Assembly (NCBI RefSeq): GCF_006345805.1
Contig: NC_043019.1
Location: 10,787,360 to 10,851,359, forward strand
Direction of reading: 5' to 3'
Length of the DNA stretch: 64,000 nt
DNA from: Octopus sinensis
Taxonomy: Eukaryota
The notes below the pieces were generated by a model that saw nothing but the letters and a program-made list of their open reading frames with translations, was not told the origin of the DNA and did no database searches. This document shows, one piece after another, positions 13,171 to 37,003 of this stretch. Position 1 is the first letter of the stretch; the number at the start of each line of letters is the position of its first letter. The position numbers and the translations under genes are program-made.

Positions 13171-13518
13171 TTTGTGTACGTTTAATACACGTGTATGTAA
13201 TATTTACATGTGTATGTTCAGAGAATAATACTTGTGCGTTTTATGTATTGTCAATGCGCAATATATGCATCACGTCCGTATCCAACACACGTGTGTGTAT
13301 TTATATACGGACATACATAATATGAGACAGAAATGGTATGTTGTGCACTTTAGGAATTCGTCCAAGCACTTGTACTCCACTCTTCTGGTGTGATAGATTA
13401 TATCTATGATCAAAATCATTTCATTCCAGCTACAGCCATCTATCTCCACTTATTAAAAAATAACCCATATTCTACTATTGTACCCTTTTTTTCTCCCAGT
13501 AGGATGCTGCTATTTGGG

Positions 13519-13805
13519 GGAAAATTTGGGAGCTTTTTCTGTGTAAAAAGTTGTCCCTCGGAAAATTTGGGAGCTTTTTCTGTGTAAAAAGTTGCCCCTC
13601 GGAAAATTTGGGAGCTTTTTCTGTGTAAAAAGTTGTCCCTCGGAAAATTTGGGAGCTTTTTCTGTGTAAAAAGTTGTCCCTCGGAAAATTTGGGACCTTT
13701 TTCTGTGTAAAAAGTTGCCCCTCGGAAAATTTGGGACCTTTTTCTGTGTAAGAAGTTGCCCCTCGGAAAATTTGGGAGCTTTTTCTGTGTAAAAAGTTGT
13801 CCCTC
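13519..13805. repeat. 41-bp minisatellite, 7 copies
   Basis: gaaaatttgggagctttttctgtgtaaaaagttg(t/c)ccctcg at 13520, 13561, 13602, 13643, 13684, 13725, 13766. Confidence 0.95.
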
Positions 13806-13965
13806 CTACTCCTATCTTCGTCAGATCCACCTCATTAATGTTAAAACTTAGGCCAATCCTGGTTTTCAGACAGACCCCTTTAATGATCGATATTCCCTAA
13901 AATCTCATTAAAAGGTAATGCGGGGGTGGGTGGTGGGATTTTGTGGCAACTGTGGGTTTTGTGGG

Positions 13966-14290
13966 TTTTGGTAATAACGGATTTAGAAAGAAAAAAATTC
14001 CCATCCTGTTCATTTTGCCCTCTACGGATCGCATTTCTTTTTGTTGTTGTTCCTCTGCCCCCCCCCCCCCCATCCTCATCTTTCGAGCCTCTGGGGGATG
14101 ATGAAATCAAGCCCTGCTGGTTTTGGGTAATAACGTATTTAACAAAAAAAAAAAAAAAAATTCCCCATCCCATCCTATTCATTTTGCCCTTTACGGATCA
14201 AGTTTCTTTTCATTGTTCTTCCTCCGCGCCTCGTCCCCCCCCCCCGTCCTCATCTTTTCGAGCCTCTAGGATGATGAAATCAGCCCTGCT
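13966..14290. repeat. Diverged ~155-bp tandem duplication
   Basis: ttttg(g)gtaataacg...tttcgagcctct...gatgatgaaatca(a)gccctgct twice. Confidence 0.8.
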
Positions 14291-14429
14291 TATTTCGTGT
14301 TTTCTTGTTTCCACTCATCCTGCAGCAGATACATTATGAAATCCACAACAACAGACACACACGCGAGGATGTATTAATAAACTCGCAAACACTTTAATCT
14401 TCGCTACTTAACTGCCTGCCCTGCATCCT

Positions 14430-14474
<45 letters not shown>

Positions 14475-15660
14475 ATCTGACACCCATGTTCACTCACCAC
14501 CCCTGTATTTTTAAGTACAAGCACATGACATACCTGAGGTTGGGTGGTACCGAATGGGTGGATGGATGTTGAAGCACCGATATTTAAAGATTTTTTTTTT
14601 ATACTTATTTATATATCTCTCCATTCAGATTCTCTCTGAATCTTTGGATTTTTCTACACGTTGTTCCGTGGTCGAGCATCGGAACCAACCTATGTAGATA
14701 GATCAGACGATCCAGTCACAACCACCTTGTCACAAAGGCAGTTGGGCAGTTGGAGGGTGTGATTTTAAATAATAGATTTAGCTATTTCCAGTAGTTTAAT
14801 TGGTGGCTCTGTAAAAGACCTATTAAAATATTTTTTTTTAATATTCCTAATCAGCTTCAGCTGTACTAACGATATTAAAACAAATGGGAGATTGTGATAA
14901 TAATTCCTTTCTGTGGAAATAGAGAACGGGGACAAGGACAGATCAGCTATTGATATGATATTGATCGAATAGCATTACTAACATTATTTTTATTTGTTAG
15001 AAATATCTGTAAACAAACACTAAAATCATGTGGACGAGGTAGCATTTGTATATTATTGGGCTAAGGTTTTTGTGACCTCGTCCAGGGCACTACGCGCCGT
15101 TGACTTTTTTTTTTTTTTTTTTTTTTAATAAAAAATTCGTGGTACCCCTGTTGAACACTGCTCTTTTAGGCCTTTATTTAATCGCAGATTTAACCCTTTT
15201 TTCCAAATGTATATCTGAATGTAAAAGACATTGCAGGTGAGAGGTGTCAACCTTCTTCACATTCTTGTTCTGCCAATCAATCTTTGCCAGTGACTGCTCG
15301 GTGCAGAGTTCAGATTTCTCCCAAATAGCACCCTCATTTTTTTTTTTTTTTTTAAGGAAAAGGAAGATGCAGGTCCCATAAAAACGTGATGATGACGTTT
15401 GGTTAGCTCTAAATCTATTTCAATTTTGGTGTAAACACGTGCTCACGCGCACAACCTTATGTTTTCTCTAATTAAGCCTTTCGGCTGTTTAAGTAAGTTT
15501 GTTACGTTTTCTTAAGATGAGAGATTTGGCTTTTATGTTTAGCTGATTCAGTATTCGTGTAATGGTTTCCTCGTCCGGGTAAGCGTTGAGGACTTACACG
15601 GATGCATGTATGAATACGCGCACACGAGCAGAAAACGTGCGTGTACATGCATGTGCGTGA

Positions 15661-16977
15661 GTGTTATTCAACATTTAGTACATTGGAACTCGACCTGCTA
15701 GAAAGAGCAGCCAAATCTCACTTCATCTGAAAGAGGGTCCAACTAGATATTTGATCCCTGCTTTATAGAAATACAGGGTGTTAATGCAACATTTAGTATA
15801 TCGGTACTCGATCTGCTAGAAAGAGCAGCCAAATCTCACTTCATCTGAAAGAGGGTCCAACTAGATGTTTGATCCCTGCTTTATAGAAATATAGGGTGTT
15901 AATGCAACATTTAGTGCATTGGTACTCGATCTGCTAGAAAGAGCAGCCAAATCTCGCTTCATCCGAAAGAGGGTCCAACTAGATATTTGATCCCTGCTTT
16001 ATAGAAATACAGGGGTGTTAAATGCAACATTTAGTACATTGGTACTCGATCTGCTAGAAAGAGCAGCCAAATCTCACTTCATCTGAACGAGGGGTCCAAC
16101 TAGATATTTGATCCCTGCTTTATAGAAATACAGGGTGGTAATGCAACATTTAGTACATTGGTACTCGATCTGCTAGAAAGAGCAGCCAAATCTCACTTCC
16201 ATCTGAAAGAGGGTCCAACTAGATATTTGATCCCTGCTTTATAGAAATACAGGGTGTTGTTAATGCAACATTTAAGTACATTGGTACTCGATCTGCTAGA
16301 AAGAGCAGCCAAATCTCACTTCATCTGAAAGAGGGTCCAACTAGATGTTTGATCCCTGCTTTATAGAAATACAGGGTGTTAATGCAACATTTAGTACATT
16401 GGTACTCGATCTGCTAGAAAGAGCAGCCAAATCTCACTTCATCTGAAAGAGGGTCCAACTAGATGTTTGATCCCTGCTTTATAGAAATACAGGGTGTTAA
16501 TGCAACATTTAGTACATTGGTACTCGATCTGCTAGAAAGAGCAGCCAAATCTCACTTCATCTGAAAGAGGGTCCAACTAGATATTTGATCCCTGCTTTAT
16601 ATAAATACAGGGTGTTAATGCAACATTTAGCACATTGGTACTCGATCTGCTAGAAAGAGCAGCCAAATCTCACTTCATCTGAAAGAGGGTCCAACTAGAT
16701 ATTTGATCCCTGCTTTATAGAAATACAGGGTGTTGTTAATGCAACATTTAGTGTATTGGTACTCGATTTGCTAGAAAGAGCAGCTAAATCTCATTTCATC
16801 TGAAAGAGGGTCCGACTAGATATTTGATCCCTGCTTTATATAAATACAGGGTGTTAATGCAACATTTAGTACATTGGTACTCGATCTGCTAGAAAGAGCA
16901 GCCAAATCTCACTTCATCTGAAAGAGGGTCCAACTAGATGTTTGATCCCTTGCTTTATAGAAATACAGGGTGTTAAT
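15661..16977. repeat. ~119-bp satellite, 11 copies
   Basis: atgcaacatttagtacattggtactcgatctgctagaaagagcagccaaatctc...cagggtgtta repeated head to tail. Confidence 0.95.
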
Positions 16978-19262
16978 GGTTAGAAAGCCTTTGGTCATAT
17001 TCTATTAGAGTAAAAGTCTTCAGAAAAACATTTATTCGATGTTAAAATATTTACAAGGTATTGTGACGGGTGCGTGTAGAAAAGTACAAACGTCAAATAA
17101 TGAACAAAACACAACATGCATATCTTTATACACGTACATGCATTCATATATACACAGCAAAAAAAAAGCAATATAAGTGGTTGTTTTTATTATTTTTTGT
17201 ATTTTTTCTTCTTAATCGATCCAGTCAGATCACATGGCTAATGTTTTCTTGTGAAATCTCCACTCAACAACCAGTGACTCATTCAACTAAATTTGTATCT
17301 CTTTTGGCTGTTAGTCATTTCCAGATGTCTGTTATATAATAATGTGGTATCCCTTCTATTGATGACTACAGCAGGGTGGCAGGGAAAAAACCTGTGTTTA
17401 CAGTACGGGTAAAAAAAGAACCCTAACATTTCTTCTGGTAGCAGTCGGCAGGCACTCGTTGGTACCCCCCTTCGACTGGGCTTTTTCACTGATGTGGGTC
17501 CCGAAATCATAATCTCCTTTAGTCGACAGCTTTTGTGGGAAGGGAATGTTCCTCGATGCAGGGCTGTAGGTAATAAAATATCGTATATATCTGCTGTCTT
17601 CTAACTAAATTAGGGCTCTTTGGCTACAAGTATAAATGGGTGGATTCGTGTATGTATGTATGTATACATTATAGTCAATAATATCGGCTCTTGTACTTCA
17701 CTCGAACTTATTTTATCAAATCTGGAAGGGCAACAGAGCAAGGGGTAGGAGTTGATGATTTGAACGAAATCTCAAGAATCGCAACGAAATACTATAATCG
17801 CTCTACTGGCTCTGTCAATCTGTCGCCTTCCTTGTTAACTTTATTGACATGAATTTTGGGGGTTAAAGAAAAAACTTGTGGGTGTTATAAATATTTCCAT
17901 TTATATTTAAGCGAATTAATCTCTTGTTTAATAAATTTGAAGGGGGTACGTTTTTTAAATTTTTTTTTATTTGGCACTGACTTGTTGAGATTTCGTATAT
18001 AGATACCTATGGGGTAAACATGAAAGATGTAGTTGGGACGGTGTTAGTGATTGCATCAAAAGTCTGTATGTAATACCAGGATTGTTGCGGGACAATTTAA
18101 AGATATTTTCACATCCGTTTAATATTTGCTATTATAAGAGAATGATTAATTAAGGTTTGTCTACCCTGATTGAATGCGGCATTTTAATTTAAAAAATCCA
18201 GTTTTCCTTCACACAAATGGTGGTGGTGGTGGTGGTAACAGTGGGCCTTACACAGAAATAGAATGAGGAAAAGAAATATAAAATAAAAAATGTGTAGGTA
18301 GTTAGTTATACAAGGATGTGGTCATATGGCCCTCTGTTCTGTTAAAAGAGGACCTCCATGTTGGGCCGATCAAGGGGGCCTCTCATAAATCCCTGGCTAC
18401 CCATGGGAAGCTCACTTTCCTCTCTTCTCTAACCTACAGATACATGCTAAGATTAGAGCCTTTACTCTTGCCACTTGCGCGACTGCCACCCACCCTTTAG
18501 CAAATGCTGGTGTAATATATAGTAATAGTATTAGATGCTGTAGAGATAGGATTTCTTGTAGCAGGGTATTGATTACCCGTTTGTTTCTCTAAGTCCCACA
18601 CCTCTGTAATGGAAGCGTTAGGAGGTAGGAAGCAGAAATGTAAAAGGAAAAGTTATTAATGGGGGCTTTTTTTTTTATTGTTTCAGAATCGTTAATTGTT
18701 TGTTTGTTTCAGAATTGTAATTTCCATAAATTCCTTTCCCATGAGACTTATGAGGGACAGCTGATCCAAAACTCTTATAATTTCTGCTCCACCCCACCCA
18801 GGGAATCAACATTTTAACAAGATAACCACATTTTCTAAAACGTGAACGATATTTCAACCTCGTGCTTCCAGTCTTTGTCTTTTGTTATTGGTGCTGTGAA
18901 ACTCTTAGTGTGTAGGCGTTTAAACTGTTGATAAAGTGTGTACGATAGTGGGAGCGTGAGTGGTTTTTCTTCTCTCAAACTGCACATGGTTGGTTGTTCT
19001 GCTTTTGAAAGCGATGTGAAAAACTGTCAAAATTCTCCCACCCGCTCCAACAGTTCCGATTTTCAAATTGACTTGTCTTCATATAGCATTTAGGACTTCG
19101 TTTGTGTGGTGGTGTTCGTGTGTTGTCTCCGTTTTGTGTTTGTAAGATTTCTGTTAAGATTTCTGTTGGCTTACCCGATTTTATATTTAAATCCTTGGGG
19201 TTTTGCTACTGTCGCATTTGTACCGTTTGCGTGTGTGTTATATCATTTATAATTTTGTCACT

Positions 19263-19466
19263 ATGGTGGATACTTCGGTTTACTCCGATTCGTACAGTCG
19301 AGGAGAAAATACAGTGAAAGGGGATTTGGTTAACAGAAGTCGAAGGAACTTGAAGTGTGAAGACCGTGGTACTCTGTATTCATTCGTTGTTGCCCATTTC
19401 CTCGAGATAAGGCTCTGGAATGTTAAGCGACTGCAAGAGATCTACGTGCCTTTGTTGGTTTTCATA
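19263..19466 (+). CDS. Candidate alternative MNK first coding exon MVDTSVYSDSYSRGENTVKGDLVNRSRRNLKCEDR...YVPLLVFI (68 aa)
   Basis: actATGg context, 68 open codons, ATA|GTAAGT donor in phase 0 matching acceptor 22199; CpG-retaining UTR-like sequence upstream. Confidence 0.4.
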
Positions 19467-22198
19467 GTAAGTAGCGGTGGTGATGGGTGATAAAACTTGC
19501 ATCATTTTGGTAACTTAAACTCTCTCTCTAGCTTGTTGCTATTGGTGCCAGCCAGCCAACCAACCAGCCCTCGCCTGTGCTTTTCAGCTCACATCTCACC
19601 ATCTCTCGCTTTTCAGTTATTTTCCACCTGCCAGATACTTCGCATCATAACCTAAGTTGCTCTGCGTACACAGTCTCTCTCTCTCACCCCCCTTTTCTCA
19701 CATACTCTCTCTCTCTCTCTCTTTCTCCCTTTCTTTCACCCCCTCTCCATCTTGCACGCGCGCGCTCGCTCTCTTTCTGATCTCTCTCTCTCTCTCTCTG
19801 AGAGTCTTCCCCCTCCCCCATCCCTTCTGCACGCTACTTTACACTGCATGGCTCTATCAACAGAGCCCTGCAGGCCTGTCACTGTGGAGAAGTTACCATT
19901 ATAGGAATTAGGAGTCGCGTCGTAGTCTCGGCTATATTTATTAGTAAGTAAGTACTGCACATGTCTCTGTATTGGTTTTGATTTTTGCTTGCTAATCCGT
20001 ATTTATTGATGTTTGAAAAACTTTTAAATGCCCCGTCTGCAGTTGCGTGTGTATGGTATGTTTATATGCACGCACGACATTTGGGATATCTAAAACTATA
20101 TAACAAAGTTTTTTCTGTTTTTGTTTTATAGAGGAAAGTTTTTACTAGATTAAGTACATTGTTGGCTAATCACACATACACACACATACATACATACACG
20201 TTCTTTTTTTGGAACAGTGGACCTCGAAGTATACATAATAGAATGTAAATTATTGGGTTGGAAAAACCTGGCGATCCTTCGGTTGAGACGACGTCATTTC
20301 GTCCTCTTTTCAACTCTGCGACTTTTATCTATGTCATCTGGGATGGTTGGTTGTGTGGGTAGAATGATGTCGCCTGCCAATAACCGCAGGATTGTCAAAA
20401 ATCCCTTTTTGGGTGGGTAGAAAGAAAAAAAAACGTCGAAGTTTGCCTGAAACGTCAACAACAAACATTCACACACTCTCAAACAGATGGGTGGTGGTGG
20501 TGGAAGAAGCAGAACTAGAACTTGTGTAAACTGGGGCATATTTACATTTAATCTGTTGGCTGTAAAACAACAGTGGTCAAAGTGCTCAGAGTTTCATGCA
20601 AGGAAATCTCCAGGTCCTTGGGCCACCTAGGTAGTTTTATAGGTAATAAATAAATAGATAAAACTTATAAGCAAGCAGTAAAAGTGTTAAAGATTATAGA
20701 AAAAGTCTCGATGTTGATGTTACGTAGCTAGTCTCTAGTTTGGCATTCTTGTTTTCGTGTACACCTCACTGAAACATGTCCAAAATATTCTCTTACTCAC
20801 TGCTAGGTTTATTACAGGTTGGTGAGCAGGTGAATTGTTTTACTTTGTTGTTGTTTAGTCTCGGATAAGGCCTGATTCATTATGTAAATATACAACTAGA
20901 CTAGACAATTTTTTTTTTTAAGGCAAAAACAACAAAACGGTAAAAGTTGTGATTTGTGGGGGATTTAGTTAATTCTGGCAAAGGAGTTAACATATTAGGT
21001 TTGTTTGTGATTCCAACCATTTGTAATTCAGTGCCACCCTTTTATTGAATGGGCCCTTTTTTTTATGAACACCCAATTGCTTGTTTTTTGCAAAAACAGC
21101 AAAAAAAAAAAGGTTTCAAATTTTAGAACAAGGCCAGCAATTTCAGGTGAGGAGCTAAATCAAATCGAACCCAGAGCTCATCTGGTACTTATTTTACCGA
21201 CCCCGAAAGGGTGGAAGGCAAAGTCGACCCTGGTGGCATTTGAACCCAGGACAAAAAACTACTAAGCTTTTATTATAATAATAATAATAATTCATTTTAC
21301 TGTAGGGCACAAGGCTTGAAATTTTGGATAAGGGAGCAAATTGAGTATGTTGACCCTACTGCTCAGCTGCTTTATTTTATTGACCCCTAAATGATGAAAG
21401 GCAAAGCTGACCTCAGCTGAATTGTGAATGCTGAACGTTAAGCCAGAAGAAATGCTACTCAGCATTTGGTCCTATATAGTAATGATTGTGCCTGCTTGAT
21501 TCCTTAATAATAGTAATAATAATAATGATAGTAATAATTCTACACAGTGGATTATTTTCATATGCCATTCCATCCAACATGTGCTGCTTTTTTAGGTATT
21601 GGTATAGATGAGTGTTTTGAATTTTTATGGGAAATACTACTTGTCTATTGAAATAATGTTGGACTTTTAAAGAACCATTGGTCTAGTTATATAATTAGAG
21701 TACATGTACGTCAAAATTTCATCTCTTCTGTCAGTACAAAAAGGGGGCCCATCAACATTGCTTCATGTGATACATGTAGCAGAGAGGAAGAGTTGAGTCC
21801 CTGTTTGTGTCCATCTTCAACATGATGTCATCCCATCCCATCCCAAGTTCATCAGTAACATCTGACCCATTGCCATCATCCATATACTGGCTGCCAATAT
21901 CTTTCCACAAATCTGTCCACTAAATTGTGTGTGTCTCCGTCTGATACCTTTGCATGTTTGGTATTGCAGAAGAGAACCAGGCAAATTTGGTATCGCACAG
22001 CTAAGCAAAGAACACCATGTGGATTTGGTGTCACACAGCTAAGCTAAGAAATAACACCTTGTGTGTTTTATATTGCACAGCCTCTAAGCAAACAATGATT
22101 GTTTTGTATATTTAGTGTAACAGCTAAATGAAGTCTTGTACATGCCTCCTGCTTGGGTATTGCAGCTAATGTGACTTTTATTTTTTGATTTTTTCCAG

Positions 22199-32727
<10,529 letters not shown>

Positions 32728-33888
32728 ACCTCTCGTAACCCCTATGTGCATAAAACATCCTGCACAAAGGGGGTGGGGAGGAGTTGTTTTTTGTTTCTTT
32801 ATATATCCCGCCCATTTCCAGTTTTTTTTTTTTGTCTTGTTTTCTGCCCCCTCCTGTTGTCCCCTGTCCACCACCACCACCACCACATTTAATTTGTAAA
32901 CCTAAAATCAAATTGTACCTTACAACTTTTCCTTCCCCTATTTGTCAATTCGGTTACCTCATCATATCTACTTTTTCTTGATCTTCTCCCCCCCCCCATC
33001 AGTTTGCTATTTTTATACACAGAAACCCTTAAATAATTTTGTTCACTGTACAATACAAACCAATTTGGTTCCCTACTTCCCCACCATCCTCCTTTCTAGT
33101 CCATATTCTCTTCACTTCTTTTTTTTTTGTGGGTTGGGGTCCTTCTGTTTTTTTCTTTTTTTTCTCCTGCCCTACATTACTGCATTTTAATTTCTGTCCC
33201 TTGATGAATCTTCATATATTTCTCACCATTTAGCTTAATTCTTACAATAAGAAATAAGAAATTTTTCCTATTCTTCCTTCCTCTTTCTTTCTTCCTTTTC
33301 TCTTAAATAATCTTAATCTCTGGTGCTTCCATTCTTCAGTAAATTTCTCTGCATTCTATATTGGAGTACTTGATCCTGGCTATAATATGAACTGATAAAG
33401 CAAATATCAAGCAGGAGGTTTTTTTCTCTAAGACTTCCTTTGTTATTTGTAACACACCTCCGACACCCACCTTCCTTACTTTTGATCTCTTAACTTCCGC
33501 ACACCACAAAAACCAATTCTTGTTGAAAGAAATAAATCAAACGACCTTACTTTCTCTTCTCACCTTTTCCTCCTCTCTCTCTCTCTCTCTCTCTTGCTTG
33601 TATCCCCCACCCCACCTTCTCTTTCCCCCTGTTTTCATCACTTCTCATTTCAGCATAGGGAGTGTTCCTTTTTTTTTTTCTTTCTTTCTTCCTTCTTTTG
33701 TTATCCCTCGTTATAAGTCTGTCACTAATTAAAAGTATTATGATAGGATCAGGGACCATTCAATTTACAAGAGAGTTTCAACAAAAAAATTTTAAATATA
33801 TAATATATATATAATGTATGTATGTATGTATGTGTATATGTATATATATATATGCATATATATATATATATATATAATGTGTATATAT

Positions 33889-33922
<34 letters not shown>

Positions 33923-35810
33923 ATGTATATATATATGCATATATATATATATATGTGTGTATATATATATATGTGTATATATATATATATATGTGTATAT
34001 ATATATGTGTATATGCATATATATATATATATATATGCATATATATATATATGTATACACATACAGATATACATACACACACTATATAAGCCCTCCCAAA
34101 TGATTATCAAACCAAAAATAATAGGTTAAGTTTTGTATTATTAACTTAATTAGAGAACAGGTTAATTACGAAAACTGTTTGCATTGTCTGTTTATAGTTT
34201 TTTTTGATTTTCACTTAAACTTAATCGCTATTAAGGAAAAAAAGAAAACTTTTTTCCTATTCTTTTCCTCCTGGTTCTCTGGAAATAAAAATTTAATTTG
34301 CGATCTTGTTGCTAAAATAAATAAATAAACAAACAAAATAACTAAAACCAAAACGTATGTTGACTAAACAAAATTATGAATCGTCCTCCTTTTTTTTTTT
34401 TTTTTATATAAATTTTCTTTTGATTTTACTTGGCCTTAAAAGAAGAAAAAAAATAAATTTGACAAGATTTTATTTACACAAATTTAATTTTTCCTAATGA
34501 CATGTGAAAAAAGAAACAAAAAACATCACAATGCAAAATGCAACAGAGTTATTTATTTGATATATTTAAAAATAAAAAAATAAAAAATAAGCTAAAGAGC
34601 TTTCAAAAAAGCTTTAAAAAATAATTAAAAAAAAAAAAAAAAAGCAACCAATGAAAAAACATTTCAAATGGTAAAATCTGCTTCCTTGATCCCTTCAGGA
34701 TCCTCCTTTTTTTTATAGATTCTCAGAAAGATCATTTATCTGATGAAATCCTTGAAAAAAAAAAAAGAAAAAAAACCCCCGAAGTAAAAAAAATTTTTTT
34801 TTTTTTTGTAATTTGAATTTTTTTATCACCCCCCTAAATATTGCATTCAGATGAGGACCCTTGGAGATTTTTGCATGATACTTGCTGATTAAAAAAAAAA
34901 GAAGTAAAGAAAAATTGTATCCCTTTCCTCTTAAATAAATGCCCCAAGTGAAAACCTCCCCATACGCCCCCCATACATTGACCATATATGTATGTATATG
35001 TATATATGTGTATATATATGTATATATATATATGTATATATGCTCACATACACACACATTATTACATTACAAAGTGGGTTTTGATTTCTAAATCCCCTGG
35101 GTCCATTTGTTGCATACGAAACTTTCGTGATTTGAAAAATCATAAACATCCTCTCGCCCCCACACTCGTCCACTTCATTATTTCTTTATACAAACTTTGA
35201 GACCATTTTTCGTCATGTTTCATCATCCTTCTCATATCATTTATCATCTTTGTAGCCATAATAATAACAACAACAACCATCATCATTTTTCATCATTGGT
35301 TAATCATTCCAGCATTCTTCTTCATTTTTGAAGCGCTCTCAGTCTTGAAAAAAAAAAAAAAACCTTTGCTCTTCATTCAACGACTGTTGTGTATATAGCA
35401 AAGCTGAAATGACAAACTGAAGCTATCTTAAACACACACACACAAAACAGAAAAATCCAACCAATCATCTTTTTTTTCTAATATAAAAGGAAAAAAATGT
35501 TATTTAAAAATTGTTTATTTTATTTTTAGTTTCTCTTTTTTTTTTTTTTTTTTTTGTACTTCTGAAGTCATGTGGGAAAAATTTTTTTTTACCACATGTA
35601 TATTACTTTTTTTTTTTTTTTTTTTTTACTTTTTTTTGTATTAAAAAAAACCTGAAAAAGAAAAAGTGCCATGGGTAGTTCTGTAAGCTCCGACTCAATA
35701 ATACCATTCAAGGACTTTCAAATGGTTGCTTCTATGAAGCGAACAAATTCTGCTAACTGACCGTTTTTTTTTTTTTTTTTTTTAATAAAAGAAAGAAAAA
35801 AAGCAAAAAC
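32728..35810 (+). other. Probable long U-rich 3'UTR of MNK with several AATAAA signals (e.g. 35784-35789)
   Basis: Follows the stop codon; poly-U tracts, (TA)n block 33800-34090, AATAAA clusters near 34285, 34315, 34570 and 35784. The 3' end is inferred. Confidence 0.5.
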
Positions 35811-36360
35811 AAAAGAAAAAAACCAACTAAAAATGTGCTGTGATTGCTACCTGCCATTGTGTCACGCACACACTAGTGCAGTATGCACGCGCACACATAC
35901 ACACACACATGCATGCATACATACAAACACACATGTATGTATATGTATATATATATATATGTATATATATATATGTATATATATATATATAAAATATATA
36001 ATAGACACAGCTCTACTGTGATATGATAATAAAAAATAAAAAAAATAATAATTGGAACTGGAACTAAAAAACAGTGCTGTTGTGAGGGACAATTTTTTTT
36101 ATTTTTTTAAAACTTGGAGAAAAAGGATTTTGTCAGAAATGGAACTAAATCTTAGCGAGAGATTGTTCCTTAATGATCTCAGGAAAAATAAAAACAATAC
36201 AAAAAACGATTTCTGGATCTTCTGTGTGTTTTTTTTCTTTGTTCACTTTCTCTCTTTCTCTCACTCACTCACACACATATTACATGTGTGTGTGTGTGTG
36301 TGTGTGTTGTATGTTTTATCTTGTTTCACTCATTGGTTTTGGCACCATCTTGGAGGGATT

Positions 36361-37003
36361 TTAGTTACCAAACCGGCTCTGGCTCTGAGTACAAATGTCT
36401 TGTTTTCATAAGTTTTGAATTAAAATCTTCCACCAAACCTTAGTCACAATTTATGTTCCTAACATTAGCTTAACCCTTTCGTTACCAACCTGGCTGAAAC
36501 AGGCTCTGGTTCTGAATACAAATGTCTTGTTTTCATAAGTTTTCAGTTAAAATCTTCCACCAAACTTTAGTCACAATTTATGTTCCTAACACTAGCTTAA
36601 TGATAACTAAGTTATTTTACTGAATTCTTTGTTATATTTAAAGTAATTGAAAGAAACACAGAGCATCTCAAAATAAATACAGTAATGAAAGGGTTAATGA
36701 TAACTAAGATATTTTACTAAATTCTTTGTTATATTTAAAGTAATTGAAAGAAACACAGAGCATCCCCAAATAAATACGGTAACGAAAGGGTTAAACCGGC
36801 CATATCAGGCCAAAATTGTTTTCCTGTTTTATGCTCAAACCAGCCAGCTCTGACCTCTCACACCTACCCTACAAAGTCATTCTAAAAATAAACAGGGACA
36901 TCATCAAAATCTCAGAGTTACAAGATGCTGTACAATTAATTTAGAACAATGTGATTAAACAGGTTTTATATTTGACAGAGTAATCTGAATGCTAAAGGGT
37001 TAA
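36361..37003. mobile_element. Nested TTAA-targeting (piggyBac-type) MITEs
   Basis: Complete TTAACCCTTTCGTTAC...GAAAGGGTTAA copy at 36470-36697 inside a second copy; abuts a second family ending GCTAAAGGGTTAA at 37003. Confidence 0.8.

Noticed and set aside
12755-13325. Long ORFs rich in YI/CV/HT/ER (also 8767-9207, 33749-34129, 38042-38551, 42212-42701, 56743-58125)
   Set aside because: Translation of microsatellites; no splice or homology support.
14095-14290. ATGATGA as snoRNA C boxes
   Set aside because: No matching D box (CTGA) or terminal stem at a suitable distance.
13519-16977. 41-bp and 119-bp arrays as CRISPR
   Set aside because: Head-to-tail units with no unique spacers, no cas genes, eukaryotic context.
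17485-17520. ctgatgtgggtcccgaaatc as a hammerhead
   Set aside because: A9 missing, stem II loop too short, no stem I.
21822-21923. Short ORF MMSSHPIPSSSVTSDPLP... upstream of the MNK exon
   Set aside because: Ends in TAA with no usable donor; similarity to vertebrate SSEPLP is too short to be meaningful.
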